Shown here piece after piece: positions 37,377-52,475 of a stretch of 64,000 nt of DNA. Source of the DNA: Octopus vulgaris (taxonomy: Eukaryota); NCBI GenBank assembly GCA_951406725.2, contig OX597827.1, positions 56,730,001 to 56,794,000 on the forward strand. Reading direction: 5' to 3'. Positions within the stretch are counted from its first letter, which is position 1. Each line of letters opens with the position of its first letter. Position numbers and translations under genes: made by a program. Below the pieces are notes generated by a model, which saw only the letters and a program-made list of their open reading frames with translations, was not told where the DNA came from and searched no databases.

Positions 37377-37687
37377 ATATATATATATATATATATACAC
37401 TGATTGACTACAATTTCACACCAAATGATTTTATCTTTCAACACTTATGTGTTGATAGTGGGATAGTATAACTGAATGAAATTACTACCTTCATGGGTTT
37501 TATACATCATCCCAAAAATCATGTGCTTTCAAAACAAAAGTACATATTTCATTGATCTCTGTATAAACTTCCAACAATCTTATATTTTTCATAATCACCA
37601 GAATATCCATGAACACAACTATTTCTATACTGTTCTCGGAAAAATCAAAATGTCAAATGTCTATGATCTGGTCATTATATTTTGCAG

Positions 37688-37808
37688 GATGCACTAGAAA
37701 GTGGTTTCAACAATGCAATTCAGTATGTTAATCTCCTCCTTCCTTGTCAGAGATTTTATCAAGAAAATGAAAGTATGAACCCAGAGCATCTTAAAGCTCC
37801 AAAACTAG
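37688..37808 (+). CDS. DNAH6: Dynein heavy chain exon 13
   Basis: DALESGFNNAIQY...FYQENESM...LKAPKL; gcAG/GTaggt; phase 0-1. Confidence 0.9.
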
Positions 37809-38089
37809 GTAGGTTGTATATGTCAGAGAGTTATTGTGTTTTATGTACTTGAGAATACTTTTTACCTTTTGCTTGCTTCAGTCATTTGACTGTGGCCATG
37901 CTGGGGCATGCCCTCAAGCATCTCCAGTCGAATGAATCAACCCCAGAACTTTCTTTTTAAGCCTGGTGCTTATTCTGTCGGTCTCGTTTGCTGACCCATG
38001 AAGTTATTGGGGCATAAACACATCAACACCGGTTGTGAAATGGTGGCTGGGGACAAACACAGACATAAAGACACACACACACACACACA

Positions 38090-38157
<68 letters not shown>

Positions 38158-38540
38158 GGACTTCTTTCAGTTTCTGTTCACCAAATCTCCACTCACAAGG
38201 ATTTGGTCTGACTGAGGGTATAGTAAGAGACACCTGCCCAAGGTGCCATGCAGTGGGATTGAACCCACAACTATGTGGCTTGGGAAGCAGGCTTCTTACC
38301 ACACAGCCATGCTCTTGCCTATAGAATGCTTATGTTTTCATCCTTAAAAATTTGTCAAAGAGAGTATCGCCTCATAAAACTGTAAAACAACAAATTTTTA
38401 AAAATGGCCAAATATAGATGCAGGCATGGCTCTGCATCTACCCAACGACTGCATAGCACCTTGGGCAAGCATCTTCTACTATAGACCCTGACTGATCAAA
38501 GCCTTGTCAATGGATTTGGTTGACAGAAACTCTAAGAAGC

Positions 38541-38574
<34 letters not shown>

Positions 38575-38802
38575 CTGTATGTGTGTCTTGTCTTTGCGTT
38601 TGTGTTTGTCCCCTACCACCGCTTGGCAACCAGGGTTAGTTTGTTTACATCCCTGTAACAGCAGTTAGAAGTTTGGCAAAAAGTGACTGATAGAATAGCT
38701 ATCAGGCTTAAAAATAAATACTGTCTGTCTAAATACTTCAAAACAGTGCCCCAGCATGGCTGCAGTCCAGTGACTTAAATGAGAAAAAGATAAACTGATA
38801 AA

Positions 38803-39212
38803 TCTTTATATATAAAGCTGAAGTTGTCTGTGTGTGTGTGGCTGGTTTAGTAGCCTTCAACTAACACTATCTCCTCCAAGACCCTGTGGTGCAAGTTGAC
38901 CAAAATTGAGAGTATGATAGAAGAAGGCTTGTTCTTCATTCTGTAGAAGAAAAAATTCAAATCGGACCATGTTAATACCAAAAATTATTTACCTCAAAAA
39001 TGTACTTTTTTCTATGAAAATCCCTATTTTTTTACGATTTTTTGACTGCTGTGTCGCCATTTTTCAACCAGAAAATGTGTATTTCAACCAGAAAAATGTT
39101 CACTTAAAGAAAATAACAAGCTACATAATGCAAAATTTTTACTTTTCAAAAATTCCAATTCAAAAGGGTCGAAAAGAAAACAAACCCAAGCAACGCCGGG
39201 CTATACTGCTAG
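38803..39212 (+). mobile_element. Non-autonomous Helitron
   Basis: 5' TC after A, subterminal cccaagcaacgccggg hairpin, 3' CTAG before T, no TSD; second copy at 51270-51676. Confidence 0.8.
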
Positions 39213-39964
39213 TACAAATAATGTATAGAAAAGTACTGATGGTTGGTGAGGGAATATGTATATAAGTACCTAGATTAACTAACTTAAATAACATAAGGCT
39301 TTAGCCATTACAAACACAGACTACATCTGACTTAATAGTACCTCTTACAGTAGTCTTTTGTAAGTCATGTTTTTGGATACCATAGTTGATTCATGTAGGG
39401 AGTTGTTTGCTGAGATGTATTTAGATGTTGGTTGTTTGTCTGGTATTTTTTGGAAAAAATTTGTCCAAGTACCATTTGGATGTTATGGGTCTTTTACTTC
39501 TTGGACTTCTTTCAGGATAATGTTGAATAAGGCAAAACTAGTTGTGGTAAAATAGTTAACCCAGCATGGTGTCTTGGGGGATACCACTAAGAACTTCTGC
39601 TGGTTTTGAGTAAAAGTGTAAGGACCCTCTTTGGTCGTGAATGATCATGGGATTGCTCCTAGAAAGTTCCCCTTCATGGTACAAGTCTGGACAAGGTTGT
39701 TTATGGAAGACCAGAAGTTGCCCATGCATATCAGCCTTCCGCCTCCAACACCACTGATGTTATCCAAGGGAAAAGCAAAGGCTAACACAGCTTGGCACCA
39801 GTGACATCACAACTTATTTCTACAGCTGGAGCAACATGAAATAAAGTGTCTTGCTCAAGAACACAACACATAGCCCAGTCCAGGAATTGAACTCTCCATC
39901 TCATGGTTGTGAGTCTGATGATCTAACCACTGAACCACGCACCTTCACCAAAGGTGTTGAGTAA

Positions 39965-40185
39965 ACCCTGTCTATCACAGCATGTTGGGTTCTGTTTGTC
40001 AGCAAATATTTAGTCCACTTTTGCAGATCTCCATAGACACTAATGTTAGATAATTTCTTCAGAAGAATGCTGTGGTCAGCTTTGTTAAAAGCTTTACTGA
40101 AATCAAAATAAATGACATCTATGTCATAACTCTCACTACAACATTTAGAATGTCATCAAAGTGGTACAGGAGTTGTGTTAATAAG
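39965..40185 (-). mobile_element. CR1/L2-group LINE RT fragment
   Basis: DVIYFDFSKAFNKADHSILLKKL...WTKYLLTNRTQHAVI. Confidence 0.7.
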
Positions 40186-40229
40186 AACAGATGGTAATTC
40201 ACTGTGAGCCATCTATTTCTCTTTTTAAA

Positions 40230-40555
40230 AACTGGTACTTATTTAATCAACCCTGAAAGGATGAAAGGCAAAGTTGACCTCAGTGGAATTTGAACTCAGA
40301 ATGTAGTGACAGATGAAATACCTATTTCTTTACTACCCACAAAGGGCTAAACACAGAAAGGACAAACAAGGACAGACAAGTGGATTAAGTCGATTATATT
40401 GACCCCAGTGCGTAACTGGTACTTATTTAATCGACCCCGAAAGGATGAAAGGCAAAGTCGACCTCGGCGGAATTTGAACTCAGAACGTAGCGGCAGACGA
40501 AATACTGCTAAGCATTTCGCCCGGCGTGCTAATGTTTCAACCAGCTCACCGCCTT
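40230..40555 (-). mobile_element. Dimeric SINE family A
   Basis: Full body plus partial second unit joined at gaaatacc|tatttc. Confidence 0.85.
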
Positions 40556-40577
40556 AATAATAATAGTAATAATAATG

Positions 40578-40637
<60 letters not shown>

Positions 40638-41404
40638 CAACAACAGCAACAACTGGATTACACTGAATCCAGAGTAAATATTTTGTATAACAGAACAGTA
40701 GCACAGTGAAAGATAGTAGCAAACAATTGGTGTACCAGAATAAAAACAGGTAACTCGCTTTTTTCAAAAATAAAATTAGAGGCAAATGAATGATAATTCA
40801 TTCATGTAATATATTGATCATCAAGTATTGTAGTGTAAAGTTGATTGTAGAATATTGTTGTCAGAAAATAAACAGTGTATTTCTAGCATAATAGTTTAAA
40901 AATGTTCTTGACAAAAATAGTTCACAAATATTTATGGCTTATTAGTAACAATTGATAAAAGTATGAAAATTACATTTTTGGCATGAGTCCATGTGTATGC
41001 GTGTGGGTTTGTGAATATGTGTGGGTTTTTGTATGTATATGGGTTTGTGTATGTGTGTGGGCTTTTGTATGTGTGGGTTTGTATATGATCGGACAACTGT
41101 GCTTGAGAAAATATTAACAATTAAAATATTAACATATCTTTTATATTTTACTTGTTTCAGTCATTGGACTGCAACCATGTTCGGGCACCTCCTTGAAGTA
41201 TTTTAGTCAAACAAATTGACCCCACTACTTATTTTAAGTCTGGTATTTATTGTTATGGGTGGTAGCAAACACTTTAAATGTAAACATTTCTGCTTGCTTT
41301 TAAAAGGTTAAAATGAAGTTTATTTGCATATTTAAAATTTGATTGCATGTTTATTTTTATTTTGGTTGGAAATTTTCTAAAATGGTTAGATTTTTTTTTC
41401 CCAG

Positions 41405-41556
41405 ATGTTGACTTTTATGAGACTGCTCTCAATCGTTATAAGCGACAAACTTCCTTGACGAATAATATCCAGGTGAAAATGAACACTGGCGTTTTACTGG
41501 TTGATGCAACAAACATGAAGAGTCTTCTCATACCATCGACTGTGACGCTATTGAAT
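41405..41556 (+). CDS. DNAH6: Dynein heavy chain exon 14
   Basis: DVDFYETALNRYKRQ...NTGVLLVDATNMKSLLIPS...LLN; ccAG/GTaagt; phase 1-0. Confidence 0.92.
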
Positions 41557-42149
41557 GTAAGTAGAAATGGTGGGAGGCAAAGCTTTTTGACCCTTGATGG
41601 TTTTATTTATTTCTTTATTTTCCTCAGGGGGCTAAACATAGAGGGGACAAACAAGGACAGACAAAGGGTTTCAGTCGGTTACATCAATCCCAGTGCGTAA
41701 CTGGTACTTATTTAATCGACCCTGAAAGGATGAAAGGCAAAGTCAACCTCGGCAGAATTTGAACTCAGAACGTAACGACAAACGAAATACCGCTAGGCAT
41801 TTTGCCCAGCATGCTAACGATTCTGCCAGCTCGCTGCCCTGTTGGTTTTATTGCTTACTCTGTATTGCTGTTATTGTTTAGCTCCCAAACCATCCTTGGT
41901 AATGCTGTGACCATCCCGTGTTTTTAGGGTTATCTAGATATTCATTATTTAATTGGTGTCTCTAAAACACTTATATGAAAATGAAATGCTGAAATATTAA
42001 GTTTTCAAAGTATGTGTCGGATGGATCAGCAGTGTTTGATGAGCCTTGGAGCTGCACCAGGGCCCCAGTGTCAGCTTGAGCATGGTTGTTTCTATGACTG
42101 GATGCCCTTCTTAATGTCAACCACTTTGCAGTGTGTACTGCATGCTTTA

Positions 42150-42562
42150 TTCATCATCATCATCATCATCATCATCATTTAGTGTCCGCTTTCCATGCTA
42201 GCATGGGTTGGACGGGTCAACTGGGGTCTGTGAAGCTGGAAGGCTTCGTCAGGCCCAGTCAGATCTGGCAGTGTTTCTACGGCTGGATGCCCTTCCTAAC
42301 GCCAACCACTCCGTGAGTGTAGTGGGTGTTTTTTACGTGCCACCTGCACAGGTGCCAGACAGAGCTGGCGAACGGCCACGAACAGATGGTGCTTTTACGT
42401 GTCACCGGCACGGGGCCAGGCGATGCTGGCAACGGACACGAACGGATGGTGCTTTTATGTGCCACCGACACGGGGCCAGACAGAGCTGGCAAACGGCCAC
42501 GAACGGACGGTGCTTTTACGTGTCACCGGCACGGGGGCCAGCCGAGGCTGACAACGAACACG
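42150..42562 (-). mobile_element. RTE LINE 3'UTR fragment
   Basis: Same 3'UTR repeat and tail as 20070-20527. Confidence 0.85.
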
Positions 42563-42595
<33 letters not shown>

Positions 42596-43988
42596 TTTTT
42601 TTTTTTGTGTCACCTGTACTAAGGAGATCACCAAGTAACTTGCAAGACAAAGTAAAGAAAGAAAAAGAAAATGCCTCCTTATCTGAGTGGGAGTGTATTT
42701 AAAAGAGGAGGAGATGGGTTTATGTGAAGTGTTGAAGACTGAAGTGAGATATAGGGACATGCATAATTGATGTAGTCTTAATCTTTAACTGGTGATAGAG
42801 TGTTCAAGCTGAGTAAACCTAACTGGGGGCTAAACAGCAATAACAGTCACAGGTATTGCTCTGCATTTAACTGTTGCTTTTGTTTTCTGTTTTTACATTT
42901 TGTTTTTAGTAATTGCAATTTTATAATTATTTTATACTAGGTTATTGTCTTTTGCTATGCTACTAGTAAAAAATATTTGTTAAATATGCATGTACCTTCA
43001 TAAATTGTTTAAAGTGAAAGTCTTTTTCCATAAAGTCTTTGTTGTCAAAAGACACACACACACATGCACACACACACACACACAAATAACCCCTGCTCTC
43101 AAAAATAACTATATATATTGTATACCTGCATGTAATGTTATGAAGAATGCATTGTTGTGTTGACAGACTTACACTTAAAATTCTTGCATTTTTAATCAAA
43201 ACTTGTTAGTTACTATGGTGACAACAATACCTGTTTATCTATCTTTCAGATACACTCTCTCTCCCCACCTCTCTCTCTCACTATATTTCTCCCCCACCAA
43301 TAACTTTTTCTTTTCTATTCAAAGTGAAAGGTCTTTTTTTAAAGTCTGTTTGCATTGTCTATTTGTTGAAAGATACAAACACACACACACAACACCAAAA
43401 ATAACTTTATATATATAATCATTTGTGGAATTGCAATGGCCCAGTGGTTAGGGCAGCGGACTCGCGGTCGGAGGATCGCGGTTCGATTCCCAGACCGGGC
43501 GTTGTGTGTGTTTATTGAGCAAAAACACCTAAAGCACCACAAGGCTCCGGCAGGGGGTGGTGGCGACCCCTGTTCTACTCTTTGAGTAATGCTGCAATGG
43601 ACTCGCGTCCTGTCCAGCTGGGAGGGGAGGGGGGACACATACACCATAGAAACTGGGAAACTGGGCTCATGAGCCTGGCCAGGCTTGAAAAAGATGCATA
43701 AATAAATAATATAATCATTAGCATGCTGGGCAAAATGCTTAGTGGCATTTTGTTTGTCTTTACTTTCCGAGTTAAATTTCTGCTGAAGTCAACTTTAACT
43801 TTCTTCCTTTTGGGGGTCAATAAAAAATAAGTACCTGTTGAGCATTGGGATCAATATAATCAACCTTACACCTCCCCAGAAATTACTGGCCTTGTGCCAA
43901 AATTTGAAACCAATACAGTTAAAACTCATAAATGATAACTATGTTGATTTTCGTATTTACTGATTTTTTTACATTTCATCATTTTCAG

Positions 43989-44141
43989 ATTGTTCATGAT
44001 AACTTTATCAGCGTTGCCAATGTAGAGACGAATCGTCTTATGCACATAATCACCGATTCCAAGTTCCAGTTAGAACTAATTCCCTTGACAACAGCAGAAT
44101 GTGCCAAACATTTGACGTTTCTTGATAAAATACAAGAAAAT
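43989..44141 (+). CDS. DNAH6: Dynein heavy chain exon 15
   Basis: IVHDNFI...[26 protein letters not shown]; tcAG/GTaaat; phase 0-0. Confidence 0.92.
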
Positions 44142-44405
44142 GTAAATATTTTGATTTGTGTTCTATGTTGTTTTTCTTTTACCTCCCCCTTAAATATTCT
44201 TCGTTTTTTTATCTGTTACTTGTTTCAGTCATTGGACTGTGCCCGTGCTGGGGTCCACTATTTTTTTTTTTCTTTATAGATCTGGTACACATTTCATCAT
44301 TCTCTTATGTTGAACTGCTAAGTTACAGGGACATAAAGAAACCAATTTCAGCTTGCAAACAGTGGTGGCGGATAAAAAGACAAACACACATGCACACACC
44401 TATGT

Positions 44406-45577
<1,172 letters not shown>

Positions 45578-45850
45578 TAGAAGAAATAAGATATTCAGAA
45601 ATCTGGATGGTTTTATATTTACAGATATTTATTAATATGTCACATGTTTTTATAAATCATATATTAGCGCTTGCGTCCACTCTAGTGGAGTCTTCAGATT
45701 GGATTTTTTCAGGAGATTTGTCTCTTTTTAGAGTATTTTTGAGTGTGTAGGGGTGGAGAGAGATATATAAGATAGTACACCCTAACATCTAACTCACATG
45801 CCTCCATACACACACACACATACACACATTTTATCGATAGAACTGATTGA

Positions 45851-46086
45851 AAGGTGGCGAGCTGGGAAAATCTTTAGCATGCCGGGTGAAGTGCTTAGCG
45901 GTATTTCGTCTGCCGTTATGTTCTGAGTTCAAATTCTGCCAAGGTCGACTTTGCCTTTCATCCTTTTGGGGGGGTCGATAAATTAAGTACCAGTTATGCA
46001 CTGGGGTCGATGTAATCGACCTTATCCGTTTGTCTGTCCTTGTTTGTCCTCTCTGTGTTTAGCCCCTTGTAGGCAATAAAGAAATA
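45851..46086 (+). mobile_element. tRNA-derived SINE family A, full length with TSD
   Basis: ggtggcgagctgg...gagttcaaattc (B-box-like)...gcctttcatcc...aataaagaaata; 12-bp TSD agaactgattga (45839-45850, 46087-46098). Other copies near 1-240, 4350-4610, 5117-5312, 7235-7410, 7720-7850, 23395-23610, 25575-25722, 41605-41838, 43715-43912. Confidence 0.88.
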
Positions 46087-46391
46087 AGAACTGATTGATA
46101 AAATATAGCCATAACCATTCCCCATAAGTGAGTATGATTTAGTGGCATGTACCATGCTTTTGCCAATTGTTTTAGGTGCCTGTGTAATCACATGCTGACA
46201 TAGATGCCTTTTTGCCCCTTCTATATTTGACCTAGTGGGACATTGGGATGTGACAACAATGGAAAGAAGTGATTACATCTGCTTATAGGTTATATGGTTG
46301 GCACCCGTTTTCAGTTGAGTTATTTATTTTTATGTAATAGATTTAATATTTTATCATTTCTAATATGTTTATTTATATTTGTTTTTTGCAG

Positions 46392-46493
46392 GTAGAAACA
46401 CTGGCTGTTGAACTTCAAGTAGTTAATCGAATATATGATATTATAACACTGTACAACGTCCCAATATCTCCTGAGATTCTTGCTGTTTACCAG
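46392..46493 (+). CDS. DNAH6: Dynein heavy chain exon 16
   Basis: VETLAVELQVVNRIYDIITLYNVPISPEILAVYQ; gcAG/GTgacc; phase 0-0. Confidence 0.9.
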
Positions 46494-46568
46494 GTGACCT
46501 ATTTTGCACATTTTTCTTTGTAATATCAAACCTTTTGTCACATTTCAAACCTTGATAAAATAAAATAT

Positions 46569-46786
46569 ATGCAGGGGTGCTGAAAAGTTCCTGGTTTGGG
46601 TCAAAGAAAATACAGGAGGATCAGTTAATTATGATTTTATTCAACATATTCTCCTCTCTGATTCAAACACTTATTGCAGTGGTCCTTCAGTTTTTTAAGT
46701 CCTGTAAAAGAACCTGGAAGGTTGGGCTACCAACCAGGCCTTTCATGATACCCTTAATGCCAGGGACTTTTCAGCATCCCCTTGTA
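46569..46786. mobile_element. mariner-type MITE
   Basis: Imperfect TIRs ggggtgctgaaaagttcctgg / ccagggacttttcagcatcccc with TA context. Confidence 0.7.
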
Positions 46787-47386
46787 TATAATTCATTATT
46801 TCTATTTATGAAAGACTAAACAAAAATACAATGCACTAATTTTCATCAGTAACTTATATCTAGATTAACTTATATCTAGATTAACGAATTGTGAATTTAG
46901 CAAACAGAGTGTTCATTGATCCATGCTAATATCTGCCGACTAATAAATCATATTTATTTAAAGATTTATCTTACAATCTTTTAGTACAAATTTAAGAAAA
47001 CAAAAACAAAAACAAAAACATATGGAAATTAACCAGATGGATAATATTGATATGCTCTTTCTTTCTGTTACAAATATCAATCTGGTTCAAAATGTGGATA
47101 AATATTGACCTAAACAATCTTTTTGACAATGGTGTTTTACTTTGTAAAAATTAATGGGTATGTGGAAATTAAATATTATTAAGATGTCTTTAATGTAATA
47201 AAAACTTCTGTCTCTCAATACAGACTTTTTTGTTTTCAAGTATTTACTAACACTGAGTTACCAACCACATGGTTCTGGGTTCAGTCCCACTGCGTGGCAT
47301 CTTGGGCAAGTGTCTTCTCCTATAGCCTCGGACCGACCAAAGCCTTGTGAGTGGATTTGGTAGACGGAAACTGAAAGAAGCCCGTC

Positions 47387-47453
<67 letters not shown>

Positions 47454-47694
47454 TGTTTATGCGTCTGTGTTTGTCCCCCTAGCGTTGCTTGACAACCGAT
47501 GCTGGTGTGTTTACGTCCCCGTCACTTAGCGGTTTGGCAAAAGAGACCGATAGAATAAGTACTGGGCTTACAAAAGAATAAGTCCCGGGGTCGAGTTGCT
47601 CGACTGAAGGCGGTGCTCCAGCATGGCCGCAGTCAAATGACTGAAACAAGTAAAAGAGTATAAATTTTTTTCTCAAACAGTAATTTTTTTCTCA

Positions 47695-47866
47695 AGGCGT
47701 AGGAGTGGCTGTGTGGTAAGTAGCTTGCTTACGAACCTCATGGTTCCGGGTTCAGCCTCACTGCATGGCAGCTTGGGCAATTGTCTTCTACTATAGCCTC
47801 GAGCCAACCAAAGCCTTGTGAGTGGATTTGGTAGACGGAAACTGAAAGAAGCCCGTCATATATATG

Positions 47867-47908
<42 letters not shown>

Positions 47909-48115
47909 AGTTTGTGTGTCTGTGTTTGTCCACCCAACATTGCTTGACAACCGATGCTGATGAATTATGGCCCCATAACTTAGTGGTTCAGCAAAAGATA
48001 CTGATAGAATAAGTACTAGGCTTACAAAGAATAAGTCCTGGGGTCGATTTGCTTGACTAAAGGCAGTGCTCCAGCATGGCCACAGTCAAATGACTGAAAC
48101 AAATAAAAGAATAAA
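47695..48115 (+). mobile_element. tRNA-derived SINE family B with internal (TA)n/(TG)n tract
   Basis: ggcgtaggagtggctgtgtggtaag...gggttcag...cttgggcaa...[microsatellite]...ctccagcatggcc..agtcaaatgactgaaac. Other copies near 6175-6500, 9812-10197, 12800-13262, 33870-34260, 36585-37025, 37860-38320, 38418-38790, 47258-47660, 57414-57605, 61630-62072. Confidence 0.88.
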
Positions 48116-48159
48116 AGATATAAAAGATATAATTCTGCCTTTCTATTTTCTATTTATAG

Positions 48160-48309
48160 ATCTTGGAACCATCATTTGATGCTTTCCGAAACACTGTAGA
48201 CAAAGCTTTATATGAAAGAGACTATTTCATCAACTGTTTGAAAAATTTCATTAATCATGACATCAAAGATCTAAGGAAAGAAGTCACAGAAATAAAGCAA
48301 GAAGCAATG
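48160..48309 (+). CDS. DNAH6: Dynein heavy chain exon 17
   Basis: ILEPSFDAFRNTVDKALYER...LRKEVTEIKQEAM; atAG/GTaaat; phase 0-0. Confidence 0.92.
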
Positions 48310-48422
48310 GTAAATAGAAATTGTTCTTTTTTCTCTTTCTTTGTCTTCTGTCTGTCTCTGTCTCAGTATATAATCTGAGCAAGTATGGAAAAGTGAACAT
48401 TTAAACGACAATAATGTTGATA

Positions 48423-48820
48423 TCTTTATATATAAAAGTCAAGTTGTGTGTCTGTCTCCTACGATTTAGATTCCTAACTACTCCCACATTTTGCGGTGCA
48501 GTTTAACCAAAACCGGGTATCTTATAGTCATGATTCATATTGAGCCCTTCTTGGTATTAGCGCATGTCTACGATGAGTCTACGATTTAAAAAAAAATTTA
48601 CCATAATTTTTTTCCATTTTAATGTATTTTTTCGCTATTATATAAGGGAAGTAACTCTCTAAAAATGTCTACGATGAGTCAACGATTTAAAAAAAAATTT
48701 ACCATCATTTTTTTCCCATTTTTAATGCATTTTTCTGCTATTTTTTGGCTATAACTCTCTAAAAATGCTTATATAGTTATTTCCCTTACAAACCCGAGCA
48801 ACGCCGGGCGATACTGCTAG
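48423..48820 (+). mobile_element. Non-autonomous Helitron with a different interior
   Basis: A|TC start; cccgagcaacgccgggcgatactgCTAG|T end; internal direct repeat at about 48564 and 48665. Confidence 0.8.
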
Positions 48821-49049
48821 TAATTGACTAAAACTTTTTGTAAGTGGTGCCTCTGTATTGCCATAGTCCATAGTATGTATTGGATAATATAGTCTGATAT
48901 AAACCATGTTTCTGAAGATAGTCATAGTTAGATTGCCTTTGCTCATAGTTTGTTCAGTCTGGGTTGACCTGGGGCTAAACAACAACAACTGCTACTTAAA
49001 GCCTTTTTTAAATATGCCAAAATCTTCCCAGGCAAAGAATGTATCCCTC

Positions 49050-50075
49050 AATATAGACTAGTAGTTAGCGACTTCAGGATCAGGGCTAAATGGATGCCCA
49101 GAAGATGACCAGCATGGAGGAGAAGGGTCTGGAAGCTTAAAGATCCTGCAAATGGACAGAGATTTAGAGACATATTACTCGAAGCCTTTGACGAAATAGA
49201 AGGGGATATAGCTTCACTTAATGTGGAAGATAACTGGAGGTTTCTACGGGACAACCTGCTGAGAGCTGCTGACCAGATCTGTGGATGGGGCAAATCCCCC
49301 TCTCGACCCAAGGTGGTGGAACAATGTGGTTGACAGGGCTATTAGAGAAAAGAAACAGGCTTGGAAGGACTGGAAGAACGGTGATAGCAGAGAATTGTAT
49401 CAAACTGCCAAAAAGGAAGCTAGGAGACAGGTTTATTTAGCCAGAGGGGAAGCAGATAAGAAAAAAATTGCCAATGTTCTGTGCCGTGAGGACCAAAGAC
49501 TTGAGGTATTTTGTGTTGCAAGACAGTGTGTGAGAGAGAATCATGATGTCATAGGAGAGAAATGTGTCCACATGGATGATGGTTCACTTGCATTTAATGA
49601 GGCTGCAAAGAGAGAGATTTGGAGACTCCACTATGAAAGGTGGCTAAGTGAAGAGAATGAAGGGGAGAAAGAAAGTCTGCCAAATGCCAACCCAACAGAG
49701 GGACCAGCTATTTGAATTGACAGTACCTTGGTAGATAAAGCAATTAAGGGTATGAAGACAGAGAAAGACCCTGGCCCATCAGGAATCACCGCAGAGATGC
49801 TCAAAATATCTGGCAGTGTTAGCTATAGCCTAGTCACCCAAATAGTTAACCAGGTGGTACATGAAGGAGTCATACCCAATGACTGGTGTAGCAGCACCAT
49901 AGTCAACTGCTACAAAGGTAAAGGTGATGCTTTAGATACAAATAATTACAGAGATATCAAGTTGTTGGATCAGTAATGAAGGTCACAGAGATGGTCATAG
50001 CCCAACTAATTAGGGAGAGAGTCAGTTTAGATGAAATGCAGTTTGGATTTGTGCCAGGGAAAAGCACCACTGATG
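49050..50075 (+). mobile_element. RTE LINE internal fragment (post-endonuclease linker to RT N-terminus), decayed
   Basis: WWNNVVDRAIREKK, PGPSGITAEML, IPNDW, YKGKGD..D..NYRDIKLL, QFGFVPGKSTTD with stops and frameshifts. Confidence 0.88.
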
Positions 50076-50961
50076 TCTTGACATGTTGCATAGTGATCTT
50101 TGTAAATGAAAGGCTTCTTTTGGTATCGTTTGTTTCCAGTTCAAGATGTAAGCATGTCTGAGGTGTTTGTTAGTCAACAGGCTGGAAAATTACTACTTCA
50201 CTCAGAAACAGATGGGGATTGGCAACAGGAAGGGCATCTGGCTGTAGAAAACTCTGAGCAAACTCTTGTCTGGCCCTTTTAAAAACTTTCTTTCAATTCT
50301 ACTTTGACTGTATTATTTAAAAAAGTTTTTTATATTTTTCTTTTTTGTTTTAACTTCTCTTAATTTATTTAGTTGCAATATGACAATTTCCTCTGTTCCT
50401 TTGTAGTAGGCCCATCATCTGTGACGTCACATGCTGTGACACCTTCTCCAGCCACAACTTGGTGCCGTTAGCTACCAGCCCTGGCTCTGCTGTCTTTCAG
50501 GTTGAGAAAAACAAACCATCAAGGTATTGGTTGCTCTCCATCAGGTTTATGGTCAAGTCTATAGCAGTGGAGATCTGCAGTGTTCTTGGCTTCCAGACCA
50601 TATCCCTACTCACCATTATTGGGGTGGAGATGGCTGACCACAAGTGGAAGCCCCATGAATCAGATTGCTTGTTTCAGCACATCTCCCTACCCATCCTTCA
50701 GGGCAATGCCTTTTCCATTTTGTCTGCTGAGACCACGAGGCAGTCTGATCTACCGGAAACTGTACATTACACTCCTTAAATACTTAGATCCATGCAATAA
50801 TTGCTTCCCACAATTACAACAAACCTCTCACAGGGAGCATGATACTTTTCACAATGTTTCACTCTCCTCCGTTAACTTACCTTCCTAACCTCCCCTACTA
50901 ATGGCATTACCCTGTTGTCTTACTATACGAAATTCAAAAATATTCTATTTGTATTTTTCAG

Positions 50962-51090
50962 AATCCTAAAATCCTGGACATAAACTCCAATAAAAATCAA
51001 GTTATGCAACTACTAAAGAAATTTATATCATCAATGAATAAAATAGTAACAGATTCTGAAACATTTCAAGCATATCAAAAAGATTTCAAG
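50962..51090 (+). CDS. DNAH6: Dynein heavy chain exon 18
   Basis: NPKILDINSNKNQV...FQAYQKDFK; tcAG/GTattt; phase 0-0. Confidence 0.92.
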
Positions 51091-51269
51091 GTATTTCATT
51101 ACATTAATTAATCATTCTTTTTGAATTTTTGGATCATTGTCATAAGTATGTGTGTTGTTTTTTTTTCATGACTTATTCACTGTTCACCTGTGCAGATTGT
51201 TCAACTAGAACTGGACACTCATATGTCATCTTCGATGGGAAAGTCCATCATCATAGTATATGTGTATTA

Positions 51270-51676
51270 TCTATATATCTATAAAGCTGAAGTTGTCTGT
51301 GTGTGTGTGGCAGGTTTGGTAGCCTTCAACTAACACTATCTCCTCCGAGACCCTGTGGCGCAAGTTGACCAAAATTGAGAGTATGATAGAAGAAGGCTTG
51401 CTCTTCATTCTGTAGAAGAAAAAATTCAAATCGGATCATGTTAAGACCAAAAATTATTTACATCAAAAAGGTGCTTTTTTTCTATGAAAATCACTATTTT
51501 TTATGTTTTTTTTTTACTGCTGTGTGACCATTTTTCAGTGTATTTCAACCAGAAAAATTTTCACTTAAAGAGAATAACAAGCTACATAAGACAGCATTTT
51601 TACCTTTGAAAAATTCCAATTCTAAAGGGTTGAATTCTAAAAAACAAACCCAAGCAACGCCGGGCTATACTGCTAG
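51270..51676 (+). mobile_element. Non-autonomous Helitron, same family as 38803-39212
   Basis: Colinear with 38803-39212; A|TC...CTAG|T. Confidence 0.8.
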
Positions 51677-51969
51677 TATATGTAATAATTAAGTTATTTG
51701 TGAAGAATTATCAATCCAGGCAAAATACTTTATAAGATCTCTGTTAGCACACCATAGTTCTGGACACATTCCATGATCACTCTCCATGATCAAGTTGTAT
51801 GTAAGTGTTATGTCATTTTCCTCTTCTTACATCACCATGAAGTGGGTTCCCTAAAACTAATTTGGATGCTTCTAGTTCAGGGTGGTGCATGCAGTGACCA
51901 GATAGTTGCAGCCATCTTTGTCTGATCTTCTTGCTAACTTTCAGCAGGTCTCCATAAAGGCATTTGTAT

Positions 51970-52325
<356 letters not shown>

Positions 52326-52361
52326 GTTGTTGTTCTTATGAATTGTTATTTAATATTTCAG

Positions 52362-52475
52362 ATTGAGGTAACAGACTTTGATGACCTTGATGAACTAAAC
52401 CAAGAATTACTAATGAAGCAGAAACTATGGACTGCAATGGAAGATTGGGACACTTTAACAGCAAAAGCCATGGTT
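52362..52475 (+). CDS. DNAH6: Dynein heavy chain exon 19
   Basis: IEVTDFDDLDELNQELLMKQKLWTAMEDWD...MV; tcAG/GTaagt; phase 0-0. Confidence 0.92.
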
